Below are positions 39,201-50,984 of a DNA stretch of 64,000 bases, piece by piece. The notes under the pieces are model-generated. The model was not told where the DNA came from. It saw only the letters and a list, made by a program, of their open reading frames with translations, and did not search any database. Each line of letters starts with the position of its first letter. Position 1 is the first letter of the stretch. The position numbers and the translations under genes were made by a program. The stretch is from IMG/VR virus record IMGVR_UViG_3300035698_022190, positions 146,209 through 210,208 of that record; one strand, 5' to 3'.

Positions 39201-40359
39201 TTTAATTTCTGCAGCAGGCGGCACGGGTGTGGGGACAGCTGCATACTTAGGTAGCAGGTCTATTGACATCTCAAATCACTCAGATGCGACACAGCAGCGT
39301 TTAATTTCTGCTCATAAAAAACGTGGTACAGGCATTGGTTTTAGAAATAAGCCTAGAGCCCTGCTAGCTAAAGTTATATATGAGCCTAAATTTAAGTATT
39401 ATACTTTAAAGTCACAGGTACGGAAAAACCCACCAGGGGTAATGTTTAGTAAATTACTTACTAAAACTGAGGGCGGTATTACTATTAATGGCCCTAAGTT
39501 ATTTAAATCTTATCGCAAAACTTTAAGTAATAAAAAGAATTACCAAAACCTTCCGCATATTGGAAAATATTTTCCGAAAACAATGGAAATGACGGATGCC
39601 TTTGCAGAAGTTGGTATTTCAAATGTATCTAAAACCACCGATAAACAGCTTTTAAAAGGCGTAGCTGATATTGAAAAGAAACACGGTAAGTTCTTTTATA
39701 AACAAAAACCAGACTTTGATAGAAATCTAGGGCACTCAATGCGTGGAGCATACGGCCATAGTGAGGATATACCTAAGGGTGTAAAACGTACAGATATTAC
39801 TCTTTGAGACCGCGTACGAAATAAAGATGTAAGATATAAAAAAGCTCCTGACATATTAAAAACAATTAGAAAAGAAGCCCCTAATGTACTAATCAGCAAT
39901 GATTGGGGAACAGGACACAAAGAATACCGTTTAGAAATTTTGGGAGATAAGCCCACACTTCTACACCGTTTTGGTCGTAAAAAAGGAATGAAGGTTAAGA
40001 TAGACAAAGAATTAAGTGAGTCTGGAAGAGCCGGGTTAAACACATTTATTGGTGACTATAAAAAATATTTAACCAACAAAGGGGCATACAAGCATCTAGA
40101 TGAAGTTCCTTTTGTTGGCGCAGATATAATTATTCCTAAGAAAGGAAGGGTAAAAGGAGTAGAGTTACAATGGAATTCAGGTTTCCCCTTCCATGCTAAG
40201 GCAATGAAACATATGGTATCTAAACCCTATGGATCAACCGGACGCATGGCCGAATATATAACGGGACGTATTTCACATCCAAAGGCATTAGCTATAGGAG
40301 GTACTGCAGCCTTAGCAGTTGGCGGCGGAATCAAAGCGTGGAGAAGACGTAACGATTAA
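39169..40359 (+). CDS. Third ATP-grasp protein (1 TGA=Trp)
   Basis: FPKT, FFYK, KEYRLE, VGADI..VELQ..SG; hydrophobic termini. Confidence 0.7.
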
Positions 40360-41246
40360 TGAAAACTTTAGTTAAATTAGGTTTTGAGGCTGCTAAACCA
40401 CGTACGCGTCTTAGACGTGTCACGGATGTAGGCACAGCGGCCTTTGCTGGGGCCTTAACGTCACTTGTACCCGGAGTCCCTATAGGAACCGGTATAGTAG
40501 CTGGGATAGCTCCTAAGGGCCATAAAACAGAAGTGGCGGCTAAAACAACAGCTGGAGGTATACTTGCCTCAGCACCCGCAGCAATGTATGGTGTGCATAG
40601 GTTAGCTAAAGATGTCAGTAATACTAATAAAGCTGATTATATGCGCTTAATAGATCGCGGACAAGAATTATATAAAGATGTAAAGACCGGGAAAGCAGGT
40701 AAGTGAAAAACGTTAAAGTATATGATGCGTCGAAGTAAAGGGGCAACTAAGAAAATGTATGCAGCCAACATTGCCTTAGGAACAATAGGAACTGGGCTAT
40801 CATATGCTGCAGCAACAAAAAATTATTATAAAAAAGCAGAACTAACTAAGCTTGGTTTCCATCCTGAGTCTTTTACGCAACCATCTCATGAAAAAGATCA
40901 GGCCTTTCTAAATTCTTTTTCGCGTGCGGGGATTAGTGGCAAAACAAGAAAAACTTTAAATAATCCACTGACTTGGGCTTTAGGTGGTATAAGTTTATTT
41001 ATGAATCATAAAAAACGTTCAGATAATCCAGAGTCAATGTGGCCTTATTTAACTGGTGGTTTGTTAGCAGCAATATCAATAAAAAGATGAAGCAACGCAA
41101 GCAAAAGAGAAAAACAAAAATTTGTAAAAGAATATAATGCTACAATGGGCACCACTTTTACTTTAAAGCATCCTAAGATGCAATCACTTTGGAATATGAC
41201 AAATGCCCATGCAAATAGGGTAGACAGGTTTAAAGGTAATGGCTAA
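40359..41246 (+). CDS. Modular basic/hydrophobic protein with KLG/KKA motifs (2 TGA=Trp)
   Basis: Continuous frame to TAA at 41244. Confidence 0.65.
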
Positions 41247-42048
41247 ATTTTTTAAAAAAGCTGAGTATGATCCAACTAAAGTACGTCAGGCCCCTGGCTA
41301 TGATGCCGGAGCTCAATATAAACATAATAGAAACACGCCTACATCACATGCTATTAGACAATTAGGGGCAGAGTGAATTTATAGAAAACCCCCAAAAGGA
41401 GTTTTTAAAGAAAGTAAAATTCCTGTAAATCAGGGATCCCATTTAAAAACAGCCGGGGTATGGGGAAAATTTACTAATGCCTTGTCAGAAGGTTTTAAAG
41501 AAAGCGACGCTGAATTAAAACAAAGTATGAATCATGGTTGAGAGACTTTAAAAGCTCATGGTAGGTATGGTAAGCATTTGAGTAAACATAAATTTTATGT
41601 TTATAAAACGGGTCGAGAGTATGGAACGCCTCGTATTCCTTTATTAAAGCACGACATGTCAAAATTTTTACCAAGTGAATGAGTTCCCTATACTAATTTT
41701 TGAGAAGGCCCTGAGGGAGTTAAAGGTACATCAAAATCTAGAACATTAAAAACTAGATATGGTCTAGCAGCTCCAGCAGTTTACGATCGTTTTCGATCTG
41801 CAGTAGACAAACATTATAGGCGTAATCCGCACCATTATCATAAAATTGGTAGAGAACGAGAACAAGATTTTAACACCAAACTTGAGATGATAGCGGATTG
41901 ATATAGTACAAGTAGGGGCATACACGAGCAAGCCTCAGATAAACCTTTTCCGGGATTTAGAGATTGGTATGGTGGAAGACGAGCGAGTTTAAAGATTGGT
42001 CCTGAAGTCATTGCTTATATTGACAATTATCTTCTCAATTCAAAATAA
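41239..42048 (+). CDS. DUF5662-like HD-type protein absent from the ORF track (5 TGA=Trp)
   Basis: MAKFFKKA leader; HDMSKFLPSE*VPY, HYRRNPHH, EMIAD*. Confidence 0.75.
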
Positions 42049-42099
42049 CTTGTAATTATGATTAAAAACATTTATATTAAATTAAAACGAGGTTAAAGT

Positions 42100-43059
42100 A
42101 TGAAAAAAGAAGCAGGAGTAGCACAAATCGCGTCAACCGCTGTAGGATCTTTAAGTGGTGGGATAGCTGGTGGTGCAATCCAAGATAAAAGATATAGAGA
42201 TTTAAGACGAAAAGGAATTATGGTTCCTCCGGAAAAGCATACGATTAAAATAATGCAAGGTATGTTGGCCGGTGGAATGGTTGGGGCCGGTGTAGGTGCC
42301 GGGGCTGCTTCTAAAGTAACAAAGGTAGTGGCAAAAAAAGTTTCTTTAAAAGCTTTGGCAGATACAGAAGATATGTTTAAAGGATTAAAATTCAAACAGC
42401 GTAAGATTGAAAAAGAAATTTTTAATACAGCTACGAAGCAATTTAGTGGTGTTTTTCCAGAAGTAAAGGATTATAAAATGAGTAAGAGTATTAAAATGAC
42501 TCCAGAAAGGATTATAAAAGATTTTACTTCGACTACTGGCGTTAGCGCAAAAAAAATGGAAAGAGAAATGATGAATGATTTTACTGACCAAACTCTCAGA
42601 CGTATCCAAAAGAATACTGCCTTATTTAGTAAGGGAGACAGAAAAAGGTCATTCAAAGCAGCACTAAAACATCAACGAATAGAAGACATAGACAATTCTA
42701 ATATGTTGACACACATTCAGGGAAGATCAAAAAAGATTTTTGGATTTGATAAAGTTGGTCAAATTACAGAAGACCAAATAATAGAGCTAATGGCTAAAAC
42801 TGCCGCACGTTATGGAGATCAAAAGTTTAAATCACAAGTACGGGAGGTTCCAGTTTCTAAACGTATTAGTAGAGCAGCGAAAACAGTTGGGATACCATCA
42901 GCAGTAGGAACAGCTGTTCTAAATACAGCCACACTTGGCAGACATTCAATAAAATGGGGTCTTGGGGTAGGTGCAGTAGCGACTGCTTTTACCGCAGCAG
43001 TAACATCGAAGAACCAACGTGTTTTTGTTCCAGTAAATGAAAAAAAGGATTTAAAATAA
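42100..43059 (+). CDS. Modular putative virion protein (KEAG/KVG/KTAA motifs, Gly-zipper segments)
   Basis: GAGG RBS; K-x-A/G motifs separate modules. Confidence 0.65.
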   Translation: MKKEAGVAQIASTAVGSLSGGIAGGAIQDKRYRDLRRKGIMVPPEKHTIKIMQGMLAGGMVGAGVGAGAASKVTKVVAKKVSLKALADTEDMFKGLKFKQRKIEKEIFNTATKQFSGVFPEVKDYKMSKSIKMTPERIIKDFTSTTGVSAKKMEREMMNDFTDQTLRRIQKNTALFSKGDRKRSFKAALKHQRIEDIDNSNMLTHIQGRSKKIFGFDKVGQITEDQIIELMAKTAARYGDQKFKSQVREVPVSKRISRAAKTVGIPSAVGTAVLNTATLGRHSIKWGLGVGAVATAFTAAVTSKNQRVFVPVNEKKDLK

Positions 43060-43466
43060 TGAATAAACATGTACAACAAGGATTTACCGCTGCACTTATA
43101 AAAGAGGCAGTAGATACAGTGAATATTTTAGAAAAAGAAGCCCAGAAAAAAAGTAAGGGTGTTGCATCAAGTGCAGCAACGGGCGCAGCAGCTATAGGAA
43201 TTCCTGCAGCAGCAATTATGGCAGGAATAGCTTTTAAAACTAGAAAGGGCATTTTACAAAAAAGTATGAAAGGCTTACAAAACATACGTAAACATACAGC
43301 TCATGGTGGTAAACTACGGGCAACACAAATGGCTGAAAGGTCAACTGCAAAAGCCTTAAAGAGCGAAACTAAAGCACAAGCGTTAGCACTTACAGCTAAA
43401 GCCGGATTAGCTGGTATTGGCGTAGGTGGGGCTGGTGGAGCAGCAATAGGAGCTATAAAAAAATAA
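43059..43466 (+). CDS. Ala/Gly-rich putative virion protein
   Basis: GFTAALIKEA and LEKEA motifs. Confidence 0.65.
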   Translation: MNKHVQQGFTAALIKEAVDTVNILEKEAQKKSKGVASSAATGAAAIGIPAAAIMAGIAFKTRKGILQKSMKGLQNIRKHTAHGGKLRATQMAERSTAKALKSETKAQALALTAKAGLAGIGVGGAGGAAIGAIKK

Positions 43467-43690
43467 TGTTTCTAATTATAGAACATTCCGGAACTCCAGA
43501 TCATTGTAAAGTCGCTGAGTATATCCAACGATATGCTGAGGATGAATATGGCCTTACAGTTCAACCAATTGTAGGCGATGAGTCGAGTCCCATAACTATA
43601 TATAAAGAAAATCTAGAAAAAATAGCTGAGTTTCCTAAATACCCGGACGAGACTGAATTAAGCTATTATCTAAACGACTTGGAAGATTAA
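43466..43690 (+). CDS. Small acidic hypothetical protein
   Basis: TAATG coupling. Confidence 0.6.
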   Translation: MFLIIEHSGTPDHCKVAEYIQRYAEDEYGLTVQPIVGDESSPITIYKENLEKIAEFPKYPDETELSYYLNDLED

Positions 43691-43691
43691 T

Positions 43692-43988
43692 ATGAAATCA
43701 GTAACAGTAAAAGACTTGGATATTAAAAAAGACGAAAAGGTTGAGACCTTTTTGAACTCAGATAGTGTATTTAAAGAAGCTTCTAAAACATATGACCTAA
43801 AAACAGATATGGGCTGTGATAGCCTTTTTTGTGACTTATATGAAGAATGGAAGCCAGAATCTTTTAAACACATGCAAGAGAAAGTTGCAGAAACTTTTGA
43901 TAAAAAATTAGACACTTCTTTTGATCGATGAACTAATCGTTTATCTTTAGATAGAAATAAACTAACTCAACTTACTCAGAACAAATAA
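43692..43988 (+). CDS. Hypothetical protein (1 TGA=Trp)
   Basis: KEAS and EKVA motifs; read-through at 43929 to TAA. Confidence 0.55.
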
Positions 43989-44018
43989 CCAAAATACGTA
44001 TGAAGTATTTAATGAACA

Positions 44019-44450
44019 TTGGCTAATGAAAAGTACCATGAGCATGGATACTCATATCTAACACAGAATCCTGACTTAATATTTTGGGATTACTCATACA
44101 ATATACATAAAAATAATAATGGCACACATTTTGATTTACGGCTCTATTGTCCCTCAGGAAGCTCAGTTGTCTATTCCTGGAGTGCACGAACGCATCTTTT
44201 GGACAAAAACAGGCCAATCCCACTTCGACGTACAAAGGACCACGATAGGTCGTGGCTAACTTTTGAAGGAGAATATATTTCAAATGCAGGTCATAAAAAT
44301 AGGATTAAAATAATTGAGCGTGACATGGCAGAACTTATAAATTTAGAAAAAGACGGTTTTACTTTTAAAACCACTCTACGTAAATTTAAAATTAAACATA
44401 TAAAGGGAAAACAGTATATGTTTGTGCCAATGGCGGGTCTTATAAAATAG
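44019..44450 (+). CDS. Stand-alone LigD 3'-phosphoesterase-like protein
   Basis: H..HFDLRL..YSWS..RTKDH..WLTFEG; start uncertain. Confidence 0.75.
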   Translation: MANEKYHEHGYSYLTQNPDLIFWDYSYNIHKNNNGTHFDLRLYCPSGSSVVYSWSARTHLLDKNRPIPLRRTKDHDRSWLTFEGEYISNAGHKNRIKIIERDMAELINLEKDGFTFKTTLRKFKIKHIKGKQYMFVPMAGLIK

Positions 44451-44457
44451 GATAAAA

Positions 44458-44874
44458 ATGCACAAAAATTTAGATAATCTACGACAAATAACTGAGAAGT
44501 TACCTGATATAAAAGAGTTATCAAGTCTAATTGCCTATGAGACTCCTACGGAAACCTGGTATAATTCTGAAAAAGGTGAAAAACTTTATGCTAAAATGTT
44601 GCACAACAATGGGTGTGGTGCTGCAGTTTTGTCTGAGATACCAAAAGGTACACGAATAAAACGTCATTCTCATGCTGCACCTGTTCGTGAATGGCTTATA
44701 GTTCTTAGCGGGGCTATTAAGTGTTTTAATGGCCAAATTGAAGGTAAAATTATAAAATGTGGTGAATCAATTTGTTTTGAAAGTGGGCAGCCCCACAGAG
44801 TTGAGGCACTGAAAAATACGGTATTATATGCAATAACGGTACCAGCAGATAAAGGATATCCCGATGGACGATAA
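44458..44874 (+). CDS. Cupin domain protein
   Basis: HSH..E.LIVLSG; G.PH.V.A. Confidence 0.8.
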   Translation: MHKNLDNLRQITEKLPDIKELSSLIAYETPTETWYNSEKGEKLYAKMLHNNGCGAAVLSEIPKGTRIKRHSHAAPVREWLIVLSGAIKCFNGQIEGKIIKCGESICFESGQPHRVEALKNTVLYAITVPADKGYPDGR

Positions 44875-45106
44875 TAGATTGCAGTTCCCTGTGAAAATAA
44901 ATGGAGAGGGTGATTGAAAAAAATGAGGTATGCACGTTTTACTTGAGCTTGAGCGTAATGAAAAAACTCACGAAAAGTTAGGGACTAAGTTAGATAAAAT
45001 TCACGACGACTTATTAATGTTAAAAACTAAAGCAGCAGTATGGGGTTCTATGACAGGAACTTTATTTGGTGTTTTAGGAGCACTGTTAATGAAAACATAT
45101 GGATAA
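44864..45106 (+). CDS. Coiled-coil plus C-terminal TM protein, holin/XhlA-like (2 TGA=Trp)
   Basis: AAGGA RBS; GD*KK*GMHVLLELER; fills the gap between neighbours exactly. Confidence 0.6.
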
Positions 45107-45108
45107 TA

Positions 45109-45927
45109 ATGCAGCTTCCCTATATTAAATATTTAGAGACATTGGTAGCTGGTAGACTATCTCCTAGCGCCATACACGATAAACTTCTGCAGGTAAATTT
45201 AAATCTTCCTTTGCCCGCAGTTCAGGTAGTATATACCACCCTATCAGCCCAAAAACCAGAATATTTTACTGATAAAACTATGCCCCCAGATATGGACTGG
45301 CTTATTGATTTAGAAATTGATAAGATGTATGGCTATATGTTTAAGGTCAATGTTCCTACTGGAATACTTGGCGTTAGTGGGGCTTTTAATGTGGTGGACG
45401 ACCCACTTATGTATCGCCTTATTACATCCTTAGCGATGGCACGAATTACCAACGAAGATATAGAATTAATAGTAAACGGTAAGTATAATATATCATATGC
45501 GGCCGAAGATATACAAGAATTTTTACATTACTTTTTTAATGTAAAAGACTGAGATCTTTCTGAGAAAAAAGAGTATGTGGAAACTATACAGGACAAACAA
45601 TTAAAAAGCTCGTACAAACTTGCCCTCAAGGGTGATAAAGATTATTTAGTTTGAAAGCTAGGAGCAGCGCCGGAAAAAAGTTTCACTAGTATGTTACGAG
45701 ACATGATGACAGATTCATATTTTAATTTCAAAGAACGGTCACGAATTGAGCCAGAGTTAGCTCAAAAATGGGGTACTCTTGCAATTCGTTTAACAGATCG
45801 TTTAGAAAAATTAGAGAAAGAGACAGAAGAAAAGAAAAATCTTTTTGATGATGTCCGCTTTAAAATACAAGAAATGACGGGAGAAGAGGACAAAAAACGA
45901 CATTTATCGGAGATAGAAAATGAGTAA
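45109..45927 (+). CDS. Helical protein, candidate small terminase (2 TGA=Trp)
   Basis: Joins two track ORFs; upstream of TerL; C-terminal coiled coil. Confidence 0.5.
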
Positions 45928-46177
45928 GTTTTTTAAAACAGCAGTTTCAATTGAATTGGTAGATCGTGCTGGTGTAGCAGCTGTAAGAAAAAGTAAAGCG
46001 GTTAAAACTTTAGTGAAGAAGAAAAAATATTTAGATCAAGCTTGAAGGTTTGAAGATGTTGTTAGACAAAAGCAATATAAAGCTTTTGAGAAGACCCATA
46101 ATGTAAAGCCAGGTCAGTACCATATGTCTTATCAGGGCAAAGCATGAAAAGCCTTAACAGGATCTTCAATAGCATAA
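45920..46177 (+). CDS. Small basic protein with FFKTA leader (2 TGA=Trp)
   Basis: Fills the gap to 46179 only with read-through. Confidence 0.6.
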
Positions 46178-46178
46178 A

Positions 46179-46976
46179 ATGTTCAATTTTTCTAAAATAG
46201 CAGGTTTATTAGATAAACCACAAAACCAACTGGCAGTGGATGTTTGGGATTCTAAGAAAAAACTTATACCACAACTAAAAGAGCATATACTTACAGAACT
46301 ATTCAAAATTTTACCAAAAAAGATAGTTAAGGCTGTTTATATTATTGGATCTATAACTGGATGGAAATACACCGATACCTCCGATATCGACATAAATGTA
46401 CACATCGACCCATTCGACGAAACAATGGATAAACAAAAATTAACCGGAGCAGTAAATGGTTTCTTGGGACTGGGTGGACGCCATCCTGTCAATTTCTTTG
46501 TGCAGCCATACAGAGAAGATACAGACTGGCAGGATGCTATGTTCGGTGTTTATGAAGCCCTAACAGACAAATGGATTAATGAGCCACCACAACGCTCAAC
46601 GGTTCGAGACCCAAAAAAACAGTTTGATGACGAAATAATTATGGCTAAAGCTGAAGCCAGAAGATTTGAAAGAAAAATTATAAAAGTTAAAAACGATTAT
46701 AAAAAGCTAAAAAACGTTTGTGTTTGTCCAGCACGTAGCTGGGAAATGGTATATTACCGTAGACAGCTCAAGCGTAACCTAATAAGAGATTTTCGTGATC
46801 TAGTGCGATTTGTAGATCGTGTAGAAAAAAACCGGAAAATGGTATATAGTGTTGGTTGGGGAGTGCCCCGACGCAATTACTATAATATAGTATTTAAATA
46901 TATTGAACATGGACCTAACGGAGATTTCTTCAAAAAACTACAACCACTCAATGTTGATGAAAAATTCATCCTATAA
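46179..46976 (+). CDS. Pol-beta-superfamily nucleotidyltransferase with FSKIA leader
   Basis: IIGSITG..TSDIDINV; HPVNFF. Confidence 0.75.
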   Translation: MFNFSKIAGLLDKPQNQLAVDVWDSKKKLIPQLKEHILTELFKILPKKIVKAVYIIGSITGWKYTDTSDIDINVHIDPFDETMDKQKLTGAVNGFLGLGGRHPVNFFVQPYREDTDWQDAMFGVYEALTDKWINEPPQRSTVRDPKKQFDDEIIMAKAEARRFERKIIKVKNDYKKLKNVCVCPARSWEMVYYRRQLKRNLIRDFRDLVRFVDRVEKNRKMVYSVGWGVPRRNYYNIVFKYIEHGPNGDFFKKLQPLNVDEKFIL

Positions 46977-47211
46977 AAAATACACGACCACTAAAAAAGA
47001 CGACGACAGACCACAAGATTTTGGACTAAAAGTCCATGTACATTATAACGATATTGGTGCAGTTGATGGGGCCTTACGAAGGCTTCGTAAACGTATGGAT
47101 ACAGAACTGGTTATGGAAGAATTTTATGAGCACACTTATTTTACAAAAAAAAGTACAAAAATACGTGAAAGTAGAAAAAGAAGCAAACATTTAGCTGGAT
47201 ATAAAAAATAA
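46957..47211 (+). CDS. rpsU: Ribosomal protein bS21 homolog
   Basis: KV.V....VDGALRRLRKR....V..E....YF.KKS..R..RKR. Confidence 0.75.
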   Translation: MKNSSYKKYTTTKKDDDRPQDFGLKVHVHYNDIGAVDGALRRLRKRMDTELVMEEFYEHTYFTKKSTKIRESRKRSKHLAGYKK

Positions 47212-47214
47212 TTA

Positions 47215-49884
47215 ATGTCGGATAAAAAAACTTTAGAGCTGCGTAGAAGCGATTTTGCGGAGAACTTTTTATACTTAGATGGTAGTTCATTTTCTTTAGA
47301 TGACTATCCACATATGCGTGCAATCTACAATGAGTCTGCAAAAAACATTGTTTTAAAGTTCAGTAGACAGACTGCAAAATCAACCACGTTGGCAAACATA
47401 ATGGTTGCGAACAGTGCGCTTATTCCCCATTTCCGAACACTTTATGTAGCGCCGACCGTTGATCAAACAAAAGTTTTCTCACGAGATCGTGTGTCCCCAG
47501 TATTGGAAACTTCTCCTTTAATGAAGCAACACTATATTAATAGTGCAATGCCTCAAAACGTTTTTATGAAGCAGCTTCTAAATTATAGCAAGATGTACCT
47601 TCGATATGCGCTTCTCTCAGCAGATCACCTCAGAGGATATTGCCAAACGGAGTCAGCTGAATATAATACCTTGCGTGGTTGGTTACCTGTGAATAGACTT
47701 ACAACAGATGATTATGTTTTAACAAAAAATGAAGAAACAGGCGAATTACAATATCAAAAACCTACAGATATTATTATAGACGATTATGATGGACCTATAC
47801 AGATTTACAAAACTCGTGGTAAACCTATTTTAGAAGTTACACCAAAACATCGAATTCACGCATCAATTTTAAAGCAAAAACATGTTGGAGCTCCTTACGG
47901 ATCAAAATGGACTACTGATAATAGATCTTATCAAATGCAAGATAAGAATTTCAGAATGGGTATAGGGGAGCAAGATGAAATCTTTTTTAAAGATGCTTCC
48001 CCTAAATATTTTGAGTTGCCTGGTTTAAAAACTAATATAAAAGCAAATGGGCTTCCCTACGCTAATGGAAAAATTAGAGAGTTTCCTAGTATTAAGTTGC
48101 CTATAAAAGAGTTTATGATTTTTATGGGCTGATGGCTTTCTGAGGGATGAACGAGTTTAGATAAGTGTAACTTAGGTGTAGCACAAGATAAAAAACACAA
48201 TTTAGAATATTGAAATGAAATAAAATCTATTTTTGACAAGTTATTTAAAAATAAATATACACTTGGAAAGGACAATATGTGTTTTAATTTAAATAGTGAA
48301 TGACGCACTCTTTATGAATATCTAAAGCCTTTAGGTAAATCTGGCGATAAGTATATTCCCAGAGAATTATTAACATATATAAAGTATCTTCCTGGCCTTT
48401 TAAATGCACTCTACAAAGGAGATGGCGATAATCCTTCTGTTCAAAAATTAAACCAAAAAGAGTATTTACGTTTAAATACTAAATCTAAAAAATTAGCAGA
48501 CACGACACAAGAAGCATGACTGCGTCTAGGTAAACTTGCAACTATAAACCACAGAGATCGTGAGTTCGGAAGGATATATACTGTTGAAGTGAAAACCTTA
48601 ACATATGTTAATTTTCTTTTTAATAAATATAAAAAAAATAAAGAGACACAATTCGAAGAAATTAAATATAAGGGTAAAATTTATTGTGTAACAGTGCCAA
48701 ACGGGAATTTTGTTACAAGACATGCCGTTACAAAATTACCTTTAGTTACTGGCAACTCAGCTGATTTTAATTTGTTTGACGAGGCACAAGATTTAAAACA
48801 AGATATTATTCCTGTTGTACAGGAAACTATGTCAAGATCCTTATATAAGCGGTCACTATATTCAGGAACACCAAAACGTACTAAAGGCACCTTAGCTGAT
48901 TTGTGGTACATGTCTTCTCAAAATGAATATATGTTAAAGTGTCCGCACTGCAATCATTGAAATCTTTTAGATGAAAAAAATATTGGCCCATACTTTTTAG
49001 TTTGTAATAATCCTCAATGTGAAAAGGAGCTTCGCCCAGAATCAGCACAAGGAGAATGGGTTTCCACCTATTCAAATTTAAGTGACAAACCTAATTTAGA
49101 AGGATACAGGGTTTGTTTATTACATTTTGCAACAGCCCCTTGGGTAAGCTGAGAAAAAGATGTAATGGGCAAAATGAAGACTTACTCAAAAGCTGCCTTT
49201 TATAATGAAGTTCTTGCTTTAGAATATGATCATGGAGTTGCCCCAATTACAAGAAGTGAGGTTATGGCATGTGCAGATACAGATTGGCCCATGCAAGAGG
49301 AGCCCACAGCTTTAGATAAATCTTATAAGTCTGTAATGGGCATTGACTATGGACCTGTAAATTCAACTAACTCTTATACAGTAGTCAGCGTAGTACAGCT
49401 TCGCGGTGATGGAAAATTTTACAATGTTTTTAGTAAAAGATTTGTGGGTAAAGATGCTGATTACGCTTTTATACACGATGAGATACCAAAGCTAATGAAT
49501 AAATGGGATTGTGATATTTTAGCAGCTGACTATGGAATGGGAGAAGCACCAAATAGCGAGATTCAAAAACGTATAGGTAATAAAGCTGTTATTGCTTTCC
49601 AGCACAATGCAGCACAAAAAGATAAAATGCGCTGAAATAAGGCTATGCCGGCATATACGTTAAATAGAAATCAAGCAATGAATGATATTTTTAGTTTAAT
49701 AAAACAACAAAAGATTGTATTCCCAAGATGGGAAGAGTCTCAGACTTTTCTAGAAGATATTTTAAATATTCAAACAGAATATAATGAAGAATTAGGCAAA
49801 AGTAAATATATTAATGTTGGACCAGATGACTTTTTGCACGCAACTTTGTTTGCAATTTTGTCCGCCCAAATGGCGTATGTTTAA
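47215..49884 (+). CDS. terL: Terminase large subunit (GpA-like) with intein (8 TGA=Trp)
   Basis: SRQTAKST Walker A, FDEAQD Walker B, GTP motif, CPHC, MGIDYG nuclease, PDD..HA. Confidence 0.9.
47641..48756 (+). mobile_element. Intein with LAGLIDADG endonuclease in TerL
   Basis: LRGY|CQTE ... YCVTVPNG..TGN|SAD; FMG*WLSEG, ALYKGDG. Confidence 0.88.
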
Positions 49885-49946
49885 CCTAAGTGTAAAAAAA
49901 ATAAAAAACTACTTGACAAAATAAGATAAGGAGACTATATTAAGTT

Positions 49947-50975
49947 ATGTTTACTGCACACGATTTGGACAGTCTGGGCAAAAAACTTTCTCAAGATTAT
50001 ACCGAACATAAGATCGAATTAACAGACAATTTGGCAAAGACGGCTACGGCACAAGGATTAAATCAATATCAGACGAGCCGTGTCGCAGAAGCAGCCAATG
50101 TTGAATCTTATTTAGTATTAATGAAGACGGCAGAAGATAAATATATCGACTTCCCCTTAGCAAATGCTAAAAAAGCTTTCGAACTCAGTCAGGGTCTTGA
50201 AAAAGAAGCCTCATCTGTCGTTTCCAACGATTATCAAAGACCTCTTGTTGAGGTTACTATACCAGAAGTATTCAACAAATTTGCAAGCTTAGAGGGGATA
50301 GAACGATCAGAAGATCAGGCAATTCCTAAAAGTGAAAGTGAATGACGTAAAGAAGCTTCTGATTATAAGGGCACTGTCCAGTTTTTAAAAGATGCCTTAT
50401 ATGAAGCTAGTGCCTCCTTTGAAACAAATTATTTAGATTTAAAGTATCACACAAAACAAGCTATGCTCCAAAATACATCGTTTGCAGATATAAAAAACAT
50501 TGTTTGTGTTGCATCCAATCCAATAGGCGAGCCTCTAAGTGACCAAATTCACACTGATTTGAAAGATGATTTAAAATTTCATGATTTCGAAAAAGAAGCT
50601 GAACACCACACATCTCCAAACCCAGAGTCCAAAATTTTTAAGAGTGCTTTAAAAACAGCCGAAAGTATTAAACGACACGAAGATATAGCGAATGCCATAG
50701 AGCATTACATCAATAAATATGAAACTCTCACGAAAGAAGCTGGTTTCAAAATACCTCAGATTATAAAAAGAGACCCTATTACCAGGACCGGTAAAGCCTT
50801 AAAAGGTTTTCTCAATTTTCCAGCCAATCATCCTATAGGTGCTGTAGCATTACCGGGAATGGTTGGAACTTACTTCTATGGAAAATCAAAAGGTAAAAAA
50901 GAACAGGGCGCTTTCTTAGCACAGGGCTATGCAAAATTAGGTCCTACAAAAAATCAACAAAAAATATTTAGGTAG
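49947..50975 (+). CDS. Head assembly/internal protein with K-x-A motifs (1 TGA=Trp)
   Basis: RVAEAAN; KTAT, KEAS, KEAG; one frame across TGA at 50343. Confidence 0.7.
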
Positions 50976-50984
50976 ATAATCAGT

